Below the pieces are notes generated by a model. The model had not been told where the DNA came from. It saw only the letters and a program-made list of their open reading frames with translations, and did no database searches. The translations under genes and the position numbers were made by a program. Below, one piece after another: positions 8,622-18,547 of a stretch of DNA of 64,000 bases (position 1 is the first letter of the stretch; each line of letters begins with the position of its first letter). The DNA is taken from contig JBAYTX010000008.1 of NCBI GenBank assembly GCA_041675415.1, positions 2,368 through 66,367 of the forward strand. Direction: 5' to 3'. Origin of the DNA: Rhizobium sp. (GTDB lineage Bacteria > Pseudomonadota > Alphaproteobacteria > Rhizobiales > Rhizobiaceae).

Positions 8622-9539
8622 TCACTGAACCGCTGGAACGGCCTTGAGATAGGCGGCTATCGCCTCTCGATCTTCGGGCGGCAGTTCGGCCATGTTCTTC
8701 TGGACCTCGACCATGGGGCCGCCAACACTGTCGAAGTCGGGCGTGAAACCGCTTTCGAGATAGTAGGCGATGTCGGCTTCCGACCAGGAGCCCATTGTTT
8801 TCGAGCCCGGAGTGATGTTGGGGATCGTGCCCTGCCCTTCCGGGTTCGGGCCACCGGAGAGCCATTTGCCGCTCTGGAAACCGCCCAGCGCATCGCGTGG
8901 CGTGTGGCACTCGCCGCAATGGCCGGGGCCTTCGGCGAGGTACTGACCGCGCTTGACCTTGTCGTCGACGCCGGCAAGTTCAACGCGTGGCGCATCGTTG
9001 AAATAGAGAAATTTCCAGCCGCCGAGCGCCAGCCGGATATTGAAGGGGAACGGCAATTCGTGCGGCGGGGCGACCTTGTCGCTCGCCGGCAGCGTCTTCA
9101 TGAATCCGAAGAGGTCGCTTATATCCTTCGGCGTCATGCGGGCATAGGAACCATAGGGGAAGGACGGATAGAGATGCTCGCCGTCGCGGCCGACACCGCG
9201 GGTCATGGCATTGCCGAACTGGGCAAGCGTCCAGCCGCCGATACCGGCTGTCCCGTCGCTCGAGATATTGGGCGCGTGGAAGGTGCCGAACGGGCTTTTC
9301 AGCGGCGCGCCGCCGGACAGGACAAGCCGTGCATCGCCTTGCGCACCCACCGGGGCATGACAACTGGCGCAGCCTCCGGCCCAGAAGATGCGCTGGCCGT
9401 TTGCGATATCGGGCTCGCCGAGGCCGGCCCAGACCTCATCGGGTTGCGGACGCGGCGCCGTGACGACGAGAAAGCCGGCGCCGCCGACAATGCCCAACGC
9501 GACGACCGCGCCGAGCCCCTTCAGCCATTTCGATGCCAT
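8622..9539 (-). CDS. di-heme c-type cytochrome, membrane anchored
   Basis: Two CxxCH motifs (CASCH and CGECH). N-terminal anchor MASKWLKGLGAVVALGIVGGAGFLVV. ATG (complement 9537-9539) with GGAGGA upstream. Confidence 0.85.
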   Translation of the reverse strand: MASKWLKGLGAVVALGIVGGAGFLVVTAPRPQPDEVWAGLGEPDIANGQRIFWAGGCASCHAPVGAQGDARLVLSGGAPLKSPFGTFHAPNISSDGTAGIGGWTLAQFGNAMTRGVGRDGEHLYPSFPYGSYARMTPKDISDLFGFMKTLPASDKVAPPHELPFPFNIRLALGGWKFLYFNDAPRVELAGVDDKVKRGQYLAEGPGHCGECHTPRDALGGFQSGKWLSGGPNPEGQGTIPNITPGSKTMGSWSEADIAYYLESGFTPDFDSVGGPMVEVQKNMAELPPEDREAIAAYLKAVPAVQ

Positions 9540-9638
9540 GGCATCCTCCGATCGCTGCCTGACGGAAGCCGAAAAGGCCGGCGCATCCCCTCCGTCTCTT
9601 CGAGGAACGGGGACGCGCCGGCAGATCTTCACCAAGCC

Positions 9639-10082
9639 CTATTTCTTCAGGCGGAAAGTCTCATGACAGGCGCTGCAAGCCGCGCCGACCGCTTTCATTG
9701 TCGCGCCGGTGGACGCCTGATCGGTAGGCAGGGCCCCAAGCTGGGCTTCCGCCACCTTCGTAAGCTCCTCGGCCTTGGCCTTGAAACCCGCCATGTCGTC
9801 CCAGATCTTCGGGCTCGCCTCGCTCTTGAAACCGGTTTCCGAGCCCGCCGGGAAATAGTCGGGGAAGGTCTTCGAAACTTCGGCCATAGTGGTCAGGGAA
9901 GCCTTCACCACTTCGGCGTCGAACGGCTTTTCGCCCTTCACGATAGCGCCGATGGCCCCCATGGCATTGCCCACCTTCTCCATCATTTCCTGACGCACGA
10001 CCTGTGGCTCGCCAGCGGCGAAAGCCGTACCCATTCCAAGACCGGCGGCTACGGCCGCAGCCATGACAAGTTTCAGCTTCAT
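9639..10082 (-). CDS. class II cytochrome c (cytochrome c'/c-556 family)
   Basis: Signal peptide MKLKLVMAAAVAAGLGMGTAFA, a four-helix-like body, and a single CSACH heme site at the extreme C-terminus, which is diagnostic of class II cytochromes c. Confidence 0.8.
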   Translation of the reverse strand: MKLKLVMAAAVAAGLGMGTAFAAGEPQVVRQEMMEKVGNAMGAIGAIVKGEKPFDAEVVKASLTTMAEVSKTFPDYFPAGSETGFKSEASPKIWDDMAGFKAKAEELTKVAEAQLGALPTDQASTGATMKAVGAACSACHETFRLKK

Positions 10083-10277
10083 CGTAACACTCCATGTTTG
10101 GTGAGCCGGACGGCGCCGGCGTTTCTCAGGCGCAACGGCGCATGATTGCCGCATAGGGTGACAGGAATGAAGTCACAATAAGGTGAAGTCGCCGATCCTG
10201 ACCAACGGATTGATAGTCATCAGCTAATCCCGCCGAAAGGCATCGCCCCTGAGGCACACAGGGGCAGATCTGGAGCC

Positions 10278-10907
10278 TCAGCTGATGCCCTCCCACAGCG
10301 TGAAAGCGGCGGCCGCGATCAGCAGCATTCCCGCGCCACGGCCGATCCAGGCAGTGACGGCCGGATTGCCGACAAGGGTCTGGCGGGCGCGATCTCCCGC
10401 CAGCGCCACCGCGCCGTAGACCGCGCCCTGCGCGGCCACGGTCATCAGTCCCATGACGATACCCTGCATCCAGATCGGCCCGTATTCGGGTTTGAGAAAT
10501 TGCGGATAGACGGCGATGACGAAGATATAGGCTTTGGGGTTCATCAGGCAGGTCGCCACCGCCTGGCGGAAGGTGGTCCATCCGCTGCGCAACCTGCCGG
10601 TCTCGACCGACGAAACGGTGATCGAGCTTCGAACCAGCGACAGGCCGATCCAGATCATATAGGCGGCGCCGGCGACGAGAACCGGCACGAAAAAGCGCGG
10701 CGCGAAGGCGACGATGAACCCGGTGCCGAGCGTGCCATAGAGCGTATGCACCGCCCCGCCGGTCATCATGCCCCCGGTTGCCGTCAACCCCGAGCGTCGG
10801 CCACCCGACAACGCGCTTGCCAGAACATAGATCATGTCCATACCCGGGACGATGATGATGCCGAGTATCAGGACGAAGAAAAGCCAGAGATTTTCGCTGT
10901 AAGTCAT
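10278..10907 (-). CDS. LysE family amino-acid exporter
   Basis: 209 aa with 5-6 hydrophobic segments and the N-terminal PGMDMIYVL motif typical of LysE/RhtB. Internal ATG at complement 10905-10907. Confidence 0.85.
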   Translation of the reverse strand: MTYSENLWLFFVLILGIIIVPGMDMIYVLASALSGGRRSGLTATGGMMTGGAVHTLYGTLGTGFIVAFAPRFFVPVLVAGAAYMIWIGLSLVRSSITVSSVETGRLRSGWTTFRQAVATCLMNPKAYIFVIAVYPQFLKPEYGPIWMQGIVMGLMTVAAQGAVYGAVALAGDRARQTLVGNPAVTAWIGRGAGMLLIAAAAFTLWEGIS

Positions 10908-11038
10908 GTCAGTATCCTTGAGGTAAGGCGAAGGCGCTGCCGCTGTTTTCAGACGACAATTCAGTCTGTTGTGACGTAACCTAGCGGCCGCCAACTGACA
11001 GCGTCCTGTCAGGAGAGACGAGAGGAAGGCCTAGAATC

Positions 11039-11743
11039 ATGCGCAAGGCATCGCGTCTTTTCGAGATCATCCAGATCCTGCGCGTCGCGCGGCGGGCAGT
11101 GACGGCCAGGACCATGGCCGAGGCGCTGGAAGTGACCGAGAGGTCGATCTACCGCGATATCGCCGAACTCCAGGCGATGCGGGTTCCGATCGAGGGTGAA
11201 CGCGGGCTCGGCTATATCCTCAGGCCCGGATTCGACCTGCCGCCTTTGATGTTCACCATCGAGGAAACGGAGGCGATGGTGCTGGCGCTGGCGCTGCTCG
11301 AGCGGACCGGTGACGGGGAACTGAAACAGGCGGCGAAGCGCATCAGCCAGAAAATCGCCGGCGCGCTGCCGCAACCCCTGCGCCAGGCGCTCTCGACGAA
11401 TGCGCTGCACGCATGGGGAAGCCCCGCCCCCTCGCCCGAGGGCATCGATCTGGCACTGGTGCGGCGCGCGATCCGCGACGAGCGCAAGTTGGAGATCGAC
11501 TATCGCGACGAATTCGGCCGGGCCACGGAACGCACCATCCGACCGATCGCGCTGATCTACTATTCGCAGACCGCCAATATCGTTGCCTGGTGCGAATTGC
11601 GGCAGGCGCTGCGCAACTTCCGCGCCGACCGCGTGGAGCATTGCGACGCTCTCGACGCGTTCTTCAAGGGCGAAGGCGAGGGATTGAGAAACCTCTGGAT
11701 CGGCGGCTGGTCCGCCAGCGGCGGTGCGCCGGAAATTCCCTAG
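11039..11743 (+). CDS. YafY family transcriptional regulator (HTH + WYL domain)
   Basis: N-terminal HTH_11-like region (SRLFEIIQILR...MAEALEVTERSIYRDI) and a C-terminal WYL-like region (KLEIDYRDEFGRATERTIRPIALIYY). Confidence 0.85.
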   Translation: MRKASRLFEIIQILRVARRAVTARTMAEALEVTERSIYRDIAELQAMRVPIEGERGLGYILRPGFDLPPLMFTIEETEAMVLALALLERTGDGELKQAAKRISQKIAGALPQPLRQALSTNALHAWGSPAPSPEGIDLALVRRAIRDERKLEIDYRDEFGRATERTIRPIALIYYSQTANIVAWCELRQALRNFRADRVEHCDALDAFFKGEGEGLRNLWIGGWSASGGAPEIP

Positions 11744-12609
11744 ATCGGAAGTGTGCGGCTCGGCTCACGGCCGAAGCCGACGATCTCCAACCGGTCGGCA
11801 TGAACCTCGACCATGGCGAAGGCGTTTTCGCGCTCGGTATCGACCATGCCCTTGAAGTTGACGAAATGGGTGCCGCCGAGCTCGCCATAATTGCCGGCGT
11901 GGTTGTGGCCGCAGAAATAGGCGGCCACCGCCGGCGACCCGGACAGAAGGCCGGCAACGGTCTCGGCGTCCCAGAGATTATGATCGTTATGCGGATAGAG
12001 CGGATAGTGGCCCAGCACAATCACCCTTTCTCCGGCGGCCTCCGCAAGCTTCAGCCGCCCGGAAAGCCAGGAAAGCTGCGCCTCGCTGACGCCGGCATTC
12101 CAGCTTTGCGCATTGGCGGCGCCGGCGCTTTTCAGCGCATCGAGCCTTTCGGCTGCCAGCGCCCGGCGCGGATCGCCAACCGGCGGGGCGAAGAGCGAGA
12201 TCTCGTTGCCGTCGGTGACGATGATCCGCACGCCGTTGCGCACGAAATCGTAATAGGGCGCAGGCATCGCCAGCTTCTCGTGGACCCCCGGCAGCTTGTC
12301 CGCGGAAACTGCGAAATCATGATTGCCCGGCAGGAACAGGCATTCATGGCGCAGCCCGGTATAGACAGGCAGGATATCGTCGAAACTCTCGAAGTCGCGG
12401 TCAATAATGTCGCCCAGCGTCAGCACGAAATCGAGATCCTCCGCATTCAGCCGCTCGACGGCCTGGCCAAGCTTGCCGAGGCTGTTGGCGTAGTAGCGCC
12501 CAAGCGTCAGGTTCGGCTCGGCGGGGGCATATTGCGGATCGGCGATGATGCCGAAACGAAGGATGGGAGCGGAGGATTTCACGGAGGGCATAGTGAGGCG
12601 TTCGAGCAT
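11740..12609 (-). CDS. metallophosphoesterase, ADPRibase-Mn / CDP-alcohol diphosphatase-like
   Basis: Calcineurin-like motifs: ADPQ, GDIIDR, GNHD, GHYP and GHNH. From memory the overall N-terminus resembles the ADPRM family. Start uncertain (ATG 12609 or 12591, neither with a clear SD). Confidence 0.75.
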   Translation of the reverse strand: MLERLTMPSVKSSAPILRFGIIADPQYAPAEPNLTLGRYYANSLGKLGQAVERLNAEDLDFVLTLGDIIDRDFESFDDILPVYTGLRHECLFLPGNHDFAVSADKLPGVHEKLAMPAPYYDFVRNGVRIIVTDGNEISLFAPPVGDPRRALAAERLDALKSAGAANAQSWNAGVSEAQLSWLSGRLKLAEAAGERVIVLGHYPLYPHNDHNLWDAETVAGLLSGSPAVAAYFCGHNHAGNYGELGGTHFVNFKGMVDTERENAFAMVEVHADRLEIVGFGREPSRTLPI

Positions 12610-13072
12610 TGAGGATGCGCGGGCATAGGATGCCCGCGTGACAAGGCAATGACAGTTAGCGTGTCGATCGACGACTCTACCTCTGGCTGCATCAATCGGC
12701 ACAATCAAGGATAGCAAATAAATTTGCCGAGATCGTCATGACTTCCGTCATTTTCAATAAATCAAAAGTTAACCATGCACGTCTAAACTTTTACCTATAC
12801 TGCTTTACTTTATAACCAGACAGGATTTTCGCACCACCAGACAAACTGCACTTTCGACAATTACTGACAACTCAACACAATAACCGACGCTGCCTATAGT
12901 TTGTGCAATTATATATATAGTTTGCACTCATTTTAGGCTAAAATTACATATTGCCGATTGCCTATTATTTTAGGCCTGACCCCATGTAACGCCGTTGCCA
13001 GAATGACCTTCCCATTCGTTCAAGACTTCGGGAACAGAATTTCAAATGACGATTGTCAAAGGAGATACTTTC

Positions 13073-15448
13073 ATGAAAGACTTTGCTCATACCGACGGGA
13101 AGGGCCGGTCCGCCGCGCGGCGCGCCAGCGGCGGACTGACGATCAGCATTCGCGCCATGCTCCTGCTCGTGGTCTCGGTCTTCGTTCTCGCCCTATTGGC
13201 GCTCGCGCTCCTGAGCATGGGGAAGGCGCTCGACCAGATGAATGCCGCCAAGGCCATGCGCGAGAACAACTCGCTCAGCAGCCATTTTCTCGACAGCGCC
13301 GGCGCCTACGCGGCCGAACGCGGGCTGACGAACGCGGCGCTGTCGGCGCCGACGAAGATTGCGCCGGACACACTGTCGAAAATCGCGCAGTTGCGCCAGC
13401 GTGGCGACGCCGCCCTTTCGGCGGCGCTCGACGCCGTGGCCGGCCGCGCGACCTTCCCGGACAAGCAACGACTGGTCACGACCGTGCTCGACAACAAGAA
13501 AGAGGTCGACACGATCCGCGGCATCGTGGACGCACAACTCGCACTGGAAGGTGCGGCGCGGGATGCGGCAGCCTCCAAGCCATGGGTACCGACCGTCACC
13601 GCACTCATCATGTCGTCGCAGGATCTGAGGATCGCCGCGCAGGTCGTCCCCACCTCCGCACTCGCCCGCACGCAGATCATGCTCGATCTTAGGCAGTCAA
13701 TGTGGGTCATCAGCGAGTATGCGGGCCGGGAGCGGGCGGCGATCAGCGGGCTGATCGGCCGCAATGCGCCGATGAACGCCGCGACGCTCGCGGAACTTTC
13801 CGAGCATCGGGGCCGCCTCGAACAGGCGTGGGCGATGATCGAGGCCTACGAGAAACGCGACTTCACAAACCCGGAGATCGTGAGCGCGATCTCGACGGCG
13901 CGAGCAGCGTTCTTCGAGACCTTCGAGACCACGCGGAAAAACGTCTACGAAGCCGGAACCGGTGACGGCGTCTATCCGATGGCCGGCGACCAGTGGATCG
14001 CAGCCGCGACCAAGGCGATCGATACCCTGCTTGCCCTCTCCACCGCTATAGGAAACGCCACTTCCGACTACACCTCGGCGATCGAGAGCGACGGGCGCAC
14101 CAGCGTCGTCGTCAGCGGAATCGTCCTGGTTCTCGCGGTCGCTCTCGGCGCCTTCTCGTTCTGGATCGTCGTCTCCCGCGTCAGCGCGCCGGTGCAACGC
14201 CTCACGAGCATCATGTCGAGGCTCGCCGACGGCGATCTGGAGGTCGCCATTCCCTCCGTCGAGCGCGGCGACGAGATCGGCCAGATGGCGCGTGCGGTAG
14301 AAGTCTTCCGCCAGGCCGGTCTGAACAATCTCCGGCTCGAAGCGGAGGCGGAAGAGAGCCGCAAGCTGACCGACCAGGAGCGACGCCAGCGCGAGGCCCA
14401 GAAGGCCGCGGAGGCGCTGGAACTGCAGGACACGACCGCCGCGCTCGGCACAGCGCTCGAGCGGCTGGCGGAGGGAGACCTGACGGTACGGATCGAGACG
14501 CCGTTCGTCGGCACGCTCGAGCAGGTGCGCCTCGACTTCAACGGCTCGATCGAGAAACTGCATTCGGCCCTGCGCGTCGTCGGCGACAATGCCGAGGCGA
14601 TCGCCGGGGGGTCGCGCGAGATCCAGTCCGCATCGGACGACCTGGCCAAGCGCACGGAACAACAGGCGGCCGCTGTTGAGGAGACTGCCGCCGCGCTGGA
14701 GGAGATCACGCAGACCGTGGCCGACAGCACCCATCGAGCCGAGGAAGCCGGCGGGCTCGTCGCCAAGACCCGCACCGACGCCGAAAGGTCTGGACAGGTC
14801 GTCAGGAGCGCCATCGACGCCATGGGCCAGATCGAGAATTCGTCGAACGAGATCAGCAACATCATCGGCGTGATCGACGACATCGCCTTCCAGACGAACC
14901 TTCTGGCACTTAACGCCGGCGTGGAAGCCGCCCGCGCAGGCGAGGCCGGCAAGGGTTTCGCCGTCGTGGCCCAGGAGGTGCGCGAACTCGCCCAGCGGTC
15001 CGCGAGTGCGGCGAAGGAGATCAAGACTCTGATCACCACGTCTTCCGAACAGGTGAAGAGCGGCGTGCAACTGGTCGGCGAGACCGGACGGGCGCTGGAG
15101 CAGATCGTCGCGCAGGTCTCCGAAATCGACCTCAACGTCTCCGCGATCGTCGAGGCCGCGCGCGAGCAGACGACCGGCCTCAAGGAGATAAACAACGCCG
15201 TGAACGCGATGGACCAGGGTACGCAGCAGAACGCCGCGATGGTCGAGCAGACCACCGCCGCGAGCCATAGCCTCGCACGCGAGGCGGAAACGCTGCGCAA
15301 TCTGCTGTCGCAGTTCAAGACCGCTCAGCACGCATCGGCAAGGATTGCCGAGGCCCATGCGCAAGACCAGCCCGTCGCATCGCCGGCCCGCCGGCTGATG
15401 GCCAAGGTCGCCGGCGCGCCGGCGCGGGGCGAATGGGAAGACTATTGA
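13073..15448 (+). CDS. methyl-accepting chemotaxis protein
   Basis: Two TM segments flank a periplasmic domain. There are HAMP regions (DGDLEVAIP..GDEIGQMARAVEVF) and a conserved signalling domain (AFQTNLLALNAGVEAARAGEAGKGFAVVAQEVRELAQRS). I prefer the ATG at 13073 (AAGGAG 8 nt upstream) over 13046. Confidence 0.9.
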   Translation: MKDFAHTDGKGRSAARRASGGLTISIRAMLLLVVSVFVLALLALALLSMGKALDQMNAAKAMRENNSLSSHFLDSAGAYAAERGLTNAALSAPTKIAPDTLSKIAQLRQRGDAALSAALDAVAGRATFPDKQRLVTTVLDNKKEVDTIRGIVDAQLALEGAARDAAASKPWVPTVTALIMSSQDLRIAAQVVPTSALARTQIMLDLRQSMWVISEYAGRERAAISGLIGRNAPMNAATLAELSEHRGRLEQAWAMIEAYEKRDFTNPEIVSAISTARAAFFETFETTRKNVYEAGTGDGVYPMAGDQWIAAATKAIDTLLALSTAIGNATSDYTSAIESDGRTSVVVSGIVLVLAVALGAFSFWIVVSRVSAPVQRLTSIMSRLADGDLEVAIPSVERGDEIGQMARAVEVFRQAGLNNLRLEAEAEESRKLTDQERRQREAQKAAEALELQDTTAALGTALERLAEGDLTVRIETPFVGTLEQVRLDFNGSIEKLHSALRVVGDNAEAIAGGSREIQSASDDLAKRTEQQAAAVEETAAALEEITQTVADSTHRAEEAGGLVAKTRTDAERSGQVVRSAIDAMGQIENSSNEISNIIGVIDDIAFQTNLLALNAGVEAARAGEAGKGFAVVAQEVRELAQRSASAAKEIKTLITTSSEQVKSGVQLVGETGRALEQIVAQVSEIDLNVSAIVEAAREQTTGLKEINNAVNAMDQGTQQNAAMVEQTTAASHSLAREAETLRNLLSQFKTAQHASARIAEAHAQDQPVASPARRLMAKVAGAPARGEWEDY

Positions 15449-15640
15449 GCGGTGACGGTACCGCGCAATAGAAGGCAGAAACCCGGCGCCGCGCGGCGCC
15501 GGTGCGTAACCTGGCAGGCGGCGTATCCCGGCTCCGACGGTGACAGACAGGATGCGGGCGAGTTCGCAGACCTGATCTCGGCCAGGGTAACGCGCGTCAG
15601 GCGCCCGCCATTCCCGACGGGCGACCGTTATGCCGGCGCC

Positions 15641-15967
15641 TCAATACCAGCGGCGATGCACGTGCTGTTCGTGATGGGCCGCGACGCCGATGAAATAACC
15701 GATCACGCCGCCGAGGAGACCTGCGGTCAAAAGGGCCGTCGAGGTTGCGGCCGGGTGTTCGCGCATCACGCCTGCGACGGACGCCGCTTCGGACCGCGCA
15801 TATTCGGCCGCGTCTTCGGCAGTGCGCTGCGCGCCGTGAAGCGCGGCTGACGTACGCTCGCGGATCTGGCCGACAGCCCGGTCGCCCTGCCTGCTCAGCA
15901 CATCCCTCAAGTGGTTGATCTGGTTCTGGAGTTCGCGGATTTCCGCCTGAATCGGATTGTCGGCCAT
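15641..15967 (-). CDS. DUF883/ElaB-like tail-anchored small protein
   Basis: 108 aa with an N-terminal coiled-coil (AEIRELQNQINHLRDVL) and a C-terminal hydrophobic anchor (ALLTAGLLGGVIGYFIGV). ATG has GGAG upstream. The family call is tentative. Confidence 0.5.
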   Translation of the reverse strand: MADNPIQAEIRELQNQINHLRDVLSRQGDRAVGQIRERTSAALHGAQRTAEDAAEYARSEAASVAGVMREHPAATSTALLTAGLLGGVIGYFIGVAAHHEQHVHRRWY

Positions 15968-16224
15968 GATGGCTCCTTCTGATTTCGTGGAATGCGAAAC
16001 GCTTGGCATCCGCAATTGTTCCATTCGCCGGCCGTTCTGGCAAGCGGCGATGCCATAAACAGAATGCCCGGGCGCATCGGCCGGTCCGGCTGCTGAGAAT
16101 TCCGCGACCCGCCGGAACGCGCGGCTTCGAACGCAATCCCCAACAGGTAAGGATGCCGAAAGTCTGCGACAGGCCGCGCGACCCGTGACATAAGGGCGCC
16201 GAAACATTCCGGGCCTCGTAAATC

Positions 16225-17847
16225 ATGATTCGTATCGAAAATATCAGCAAGCAGCTCAGCCACCGTATTCTCTTCATCGAAAGCTCCGCCGCGCTCAACA
16301 GGGGCGAGAAGATCGGCCTCGTCGGACCCAACGGGGCCGGCAAGACGACAGTCTTCCGCATGATCACGGGCGAAGAGCACCCCGACGAGGGGCAGGTGTC
16401 CGTCGATAAGGGCGTAACCATCGGTTACTTCAATCAGGATGTGGGCGAGATGGAAGGCCGCAGCGCCGTCGCCGAGGTGATGGACGGCGCCGGTCCTGTA
16501 AGCGTGGTCGCCGCCGAGCTGCGCGAGCTCGAGGCCGCCATGGTCGATCCGGATCGGCTCGACGAGATGGACGCCATCATCGAGCGCTACGGCGAAGTCC
16601 AGGCGCGCTACGAGGAACTCGACGGCTATGCGCTGGAGGGCCGGGCCCGCGAAGTGCTGGCCGGTCTGAGCTTCAGCCAGGAAATGATGGACGGTGACGT
16701 CGGCAAGCTCTCCGGCGGCTGGAAGATGCGCGTGGCGCTTGCCCGCATTCTCCTCATGCGCCCCGATGTCATGCTTCTCGACGAACCGTCGAACCATCTC
16801 GATCTCGAAAGCCTGATCTGGCTGGAGGAATTCCTCAAGGGTTACGAGGGCGCGTTGCTGATGACCTCGCACGACCGGGAGTTCATGAACCGCATCGTCA
16901 ACAAGATTATCGAGATCGACGCGGGCTCGCTCAACACCTATTCCGGCGACTACGCGTTCTACGAACAGCAGCGGGCGCAGAACGAAAAGCAGCAACAGGC
17001 CCAGTTCGAGCGGCAGCAGGCGATGCTGGCCAAGGAAATCAAGTTCATCGAGCGCTTCAAGGCGCGTGCCAGCCACGCTTCGCAGGTGCAGAGCCGGGTG
17101 AAGAAGCTGGAGAAGATCGACCGGGTCGAGCCGCCGAAGCGCCGCCAGACGGTCTCGTTCGAGTTTGCGCCCGCACCGCGTTCGGGCGAGGATGTCGTCA
17201 GCCTGAAGAGCGTGCACAAGGGCTATGGCAGCCGGACGATCTACCAGGGGCTCGATTTCATGATCCGTCGGCGTGAACGCTGGTGCGTCATGGGCATCAA
17301 CGGCGCCGGCAAGTCGACCTTGCTAAAGCTGGTGGCAGGCGCCTCCCAGCCTGACGATGGCAATGTCGCGCTCGGCGCCAGCGTCAAGATGGGCTATTTC
17401 GCCCAGCACGCCATGGACCTGCTCGACGGCGACCGCACCGTGTTCGAACAGCTGGAACACGATTTCCCGCGGGCGAGCCAGGGCTCGCTGCGGGCGCTTG
17501 CCGGCTGCTTCGGCTTTTCCGGCGACGACGTCGAGAAGAAATGCCGGGTGCTCTCCGGTGGCGAAAAGGCCCGGCTCGCGATGGCGACCATGCTGTTCGA
17601 TCCGCCGAATTTCCTGGTGCTGGACGAACCGACCAACCATCTCGACCTCGACACCAAGGAAATGCTGATCGAGGCGCTCAAGCAATACGAGGGCACGATG
17701 CTGTTCGTCAGCCACGACCGGCACTTCCTCGCGGCGCTCTCCAATCGCGTGCTTGAACTGACGCCCGAGGGCGTCCACCAATATGGCGGAGGCTACACCG
17801 AATACGTGGCGCGCACCGGCCAGGAGGCACCTGGGCTCCGGGGCTGA
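16225..17847 (+). CDS. ABC-F family ATPase (two ABC domains, no TM domain)
   Basis: Two Walker A motifs (GPNGAGKT and GINGAGKS), two LSGG signatures, and a charged inter-domain linker. 540 aa. Confidence 0.9.
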   Translation: MIRIENISKQLSHRILFIESSAALNRGEKIGLVGPNGAGKTTVFRMITGEEHPDEGQVSVDKGVTIGYFNQDVGEMEGRSAVAEVMDGAGPVSVVAAELRELEAAMVDPDRLDEMDAIIERYGEVQARYEELDGYALEGRAREVLAGLSFSQEMMDGDVGKLSGGWKMRVALARILLMRPDVMLLDEPSNHLDLESLIWLEEFLKGYEGALLMTSHDREFMNRIVNKIIEIDAGSLNTYSGDYAFYEQQRAQNEKQQQAQFERQQAMLAKEIKFIERFKARASHASQVQSRVKKLEKIDRVEPPKRRQTVSFEFAPAPRSGEDVVSLKSVHKGYGSRTIYQGLDFMIRRRERWCVMGINGAGKSTLLKLVAGASQPDDGNVALGASVKMGYFAQHAMDLLDGDRTVFEQLEHDFPRASQGSLRALAGCFGFSGDDVEKKCRVLSGGEKARLAMATMLFDPPNFLVLDEPTNHLDLDTKEMLIEALKQYEGTMLFVSHDRHFLAALSNRVLELTPEGVHQYGGGYTEYVARTGQEAPGLRG

Positions 17848-17887
17848 GTAACGGGCCCTGGCTTAGGGGCGCTCGTTTCACCGACAC

Positions 17888-17922
17888 AAAAACGCCCGGT
17901 GCTTGCGGCACCGGGCGTTTTC
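17888..17922. terminator. bidirectional rho-independent terminator between convergent genes
   Basis: 11-bp stem ACGCCCGGTGC / GCACCGGGCGT with a 5-nt loop, an A-run upstream and a T-run downstream. Confidence 0.6.
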
Positions 17923-17944
17923 TCAATCCGATTGAACCCGCACC

Positions 17945-18547
17945 TTACCTGGTGGCGGCTTCGTACATTTCCAGCACGTAATCCCAGTTGATCAGGCTGT
18001 CGACGAAGGCTTCGAGGTATTTCGGGCGCATGTTGCGGTAGTCGATGTAGTAGGAGTGTTCCCAGACGTCGACGCCGAGGATGGGGGAGGCGCCGTGAAC
18101 GAGCGGGTTCTCGCCGTTCGGGGTCTTGGGGATTTCGAGCTTGCCGTCCTTGACCGAAACCCAGGCCCAGCCGGAGCCGAACTGGGTGGTGCCGGCGGCG
18201 ATGAAATCGGCCTTGAACTTGTCGTAGCCGCCGAGATCGGACGCAATCGCCGATTCGAGCTTGCCCGGCAGCTTGGTGCCGCCGCCGCCCTTCTTCATCC
18301 ACTTCCAGAAATGGATATGGTTGTAATGCTGCGCGGCGTTGTTGAAGAGGCCCTGATTGGTGCCGAATGACTTCTTGACCACTTCCTCGACGGACAGATC
18401 GCCAAGGCCGGCATCGGTCGCCAGCTTGTTGCCGTTGTCGACATAGGCCTTGTGGTGCTTGTCGTGGTGATATTCCAGCGTCTCTGCCGACATGAAGGGG
18501 GCAAGGGCGTCGTAGGCGTAGGGAAGTGCGGGCAATTCAAAAGCCAT
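17945..18547 (-). CDS. sodB: Fe/Mn superoxide dismutase
   Basis: MAFELPALPYAYDALAPFMSAETLEYHHDKHH N-terminus and DVWEHSYY C-terminal metal-ligand motif. 200 aa from the ATG with GGAGA upstream. Confidence 0.9.
   Translation of the reverse strand: MAFELPALPYAYDALAPFMSAETLEYHHDKHHKAYVDNGNKLATDAGLGDLSVEEVVKKSFGTNQGLFNNAAQHYNHIHFWKWMKKGGGGTKLPGKLESAIASDLGGYDKFKADFIAAGTTQFGSGWAWVSVKDGKLEIPKTPNGENPLVHGASPILGVDVWEHSYYIDYRNMRPKYLEAFVDSLINWDYVLEMYEAATR

Noticed and set aside
8577-10145. 522-aa plus-strand ORF across the two cytochrome genes.
   Set aside because: It is antisense to two genes with clear CxxCH motifs, signal peptides and SDs. Its own translation is low-complexity and Arg/Gly-rich.
13697-15364. 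555-aa and 416-aa minus-strand ORFs inside the MCP gene.
   Set aside because: Antisense shadows of a gene with unambiguous HAMP and MCP signalling motifs.
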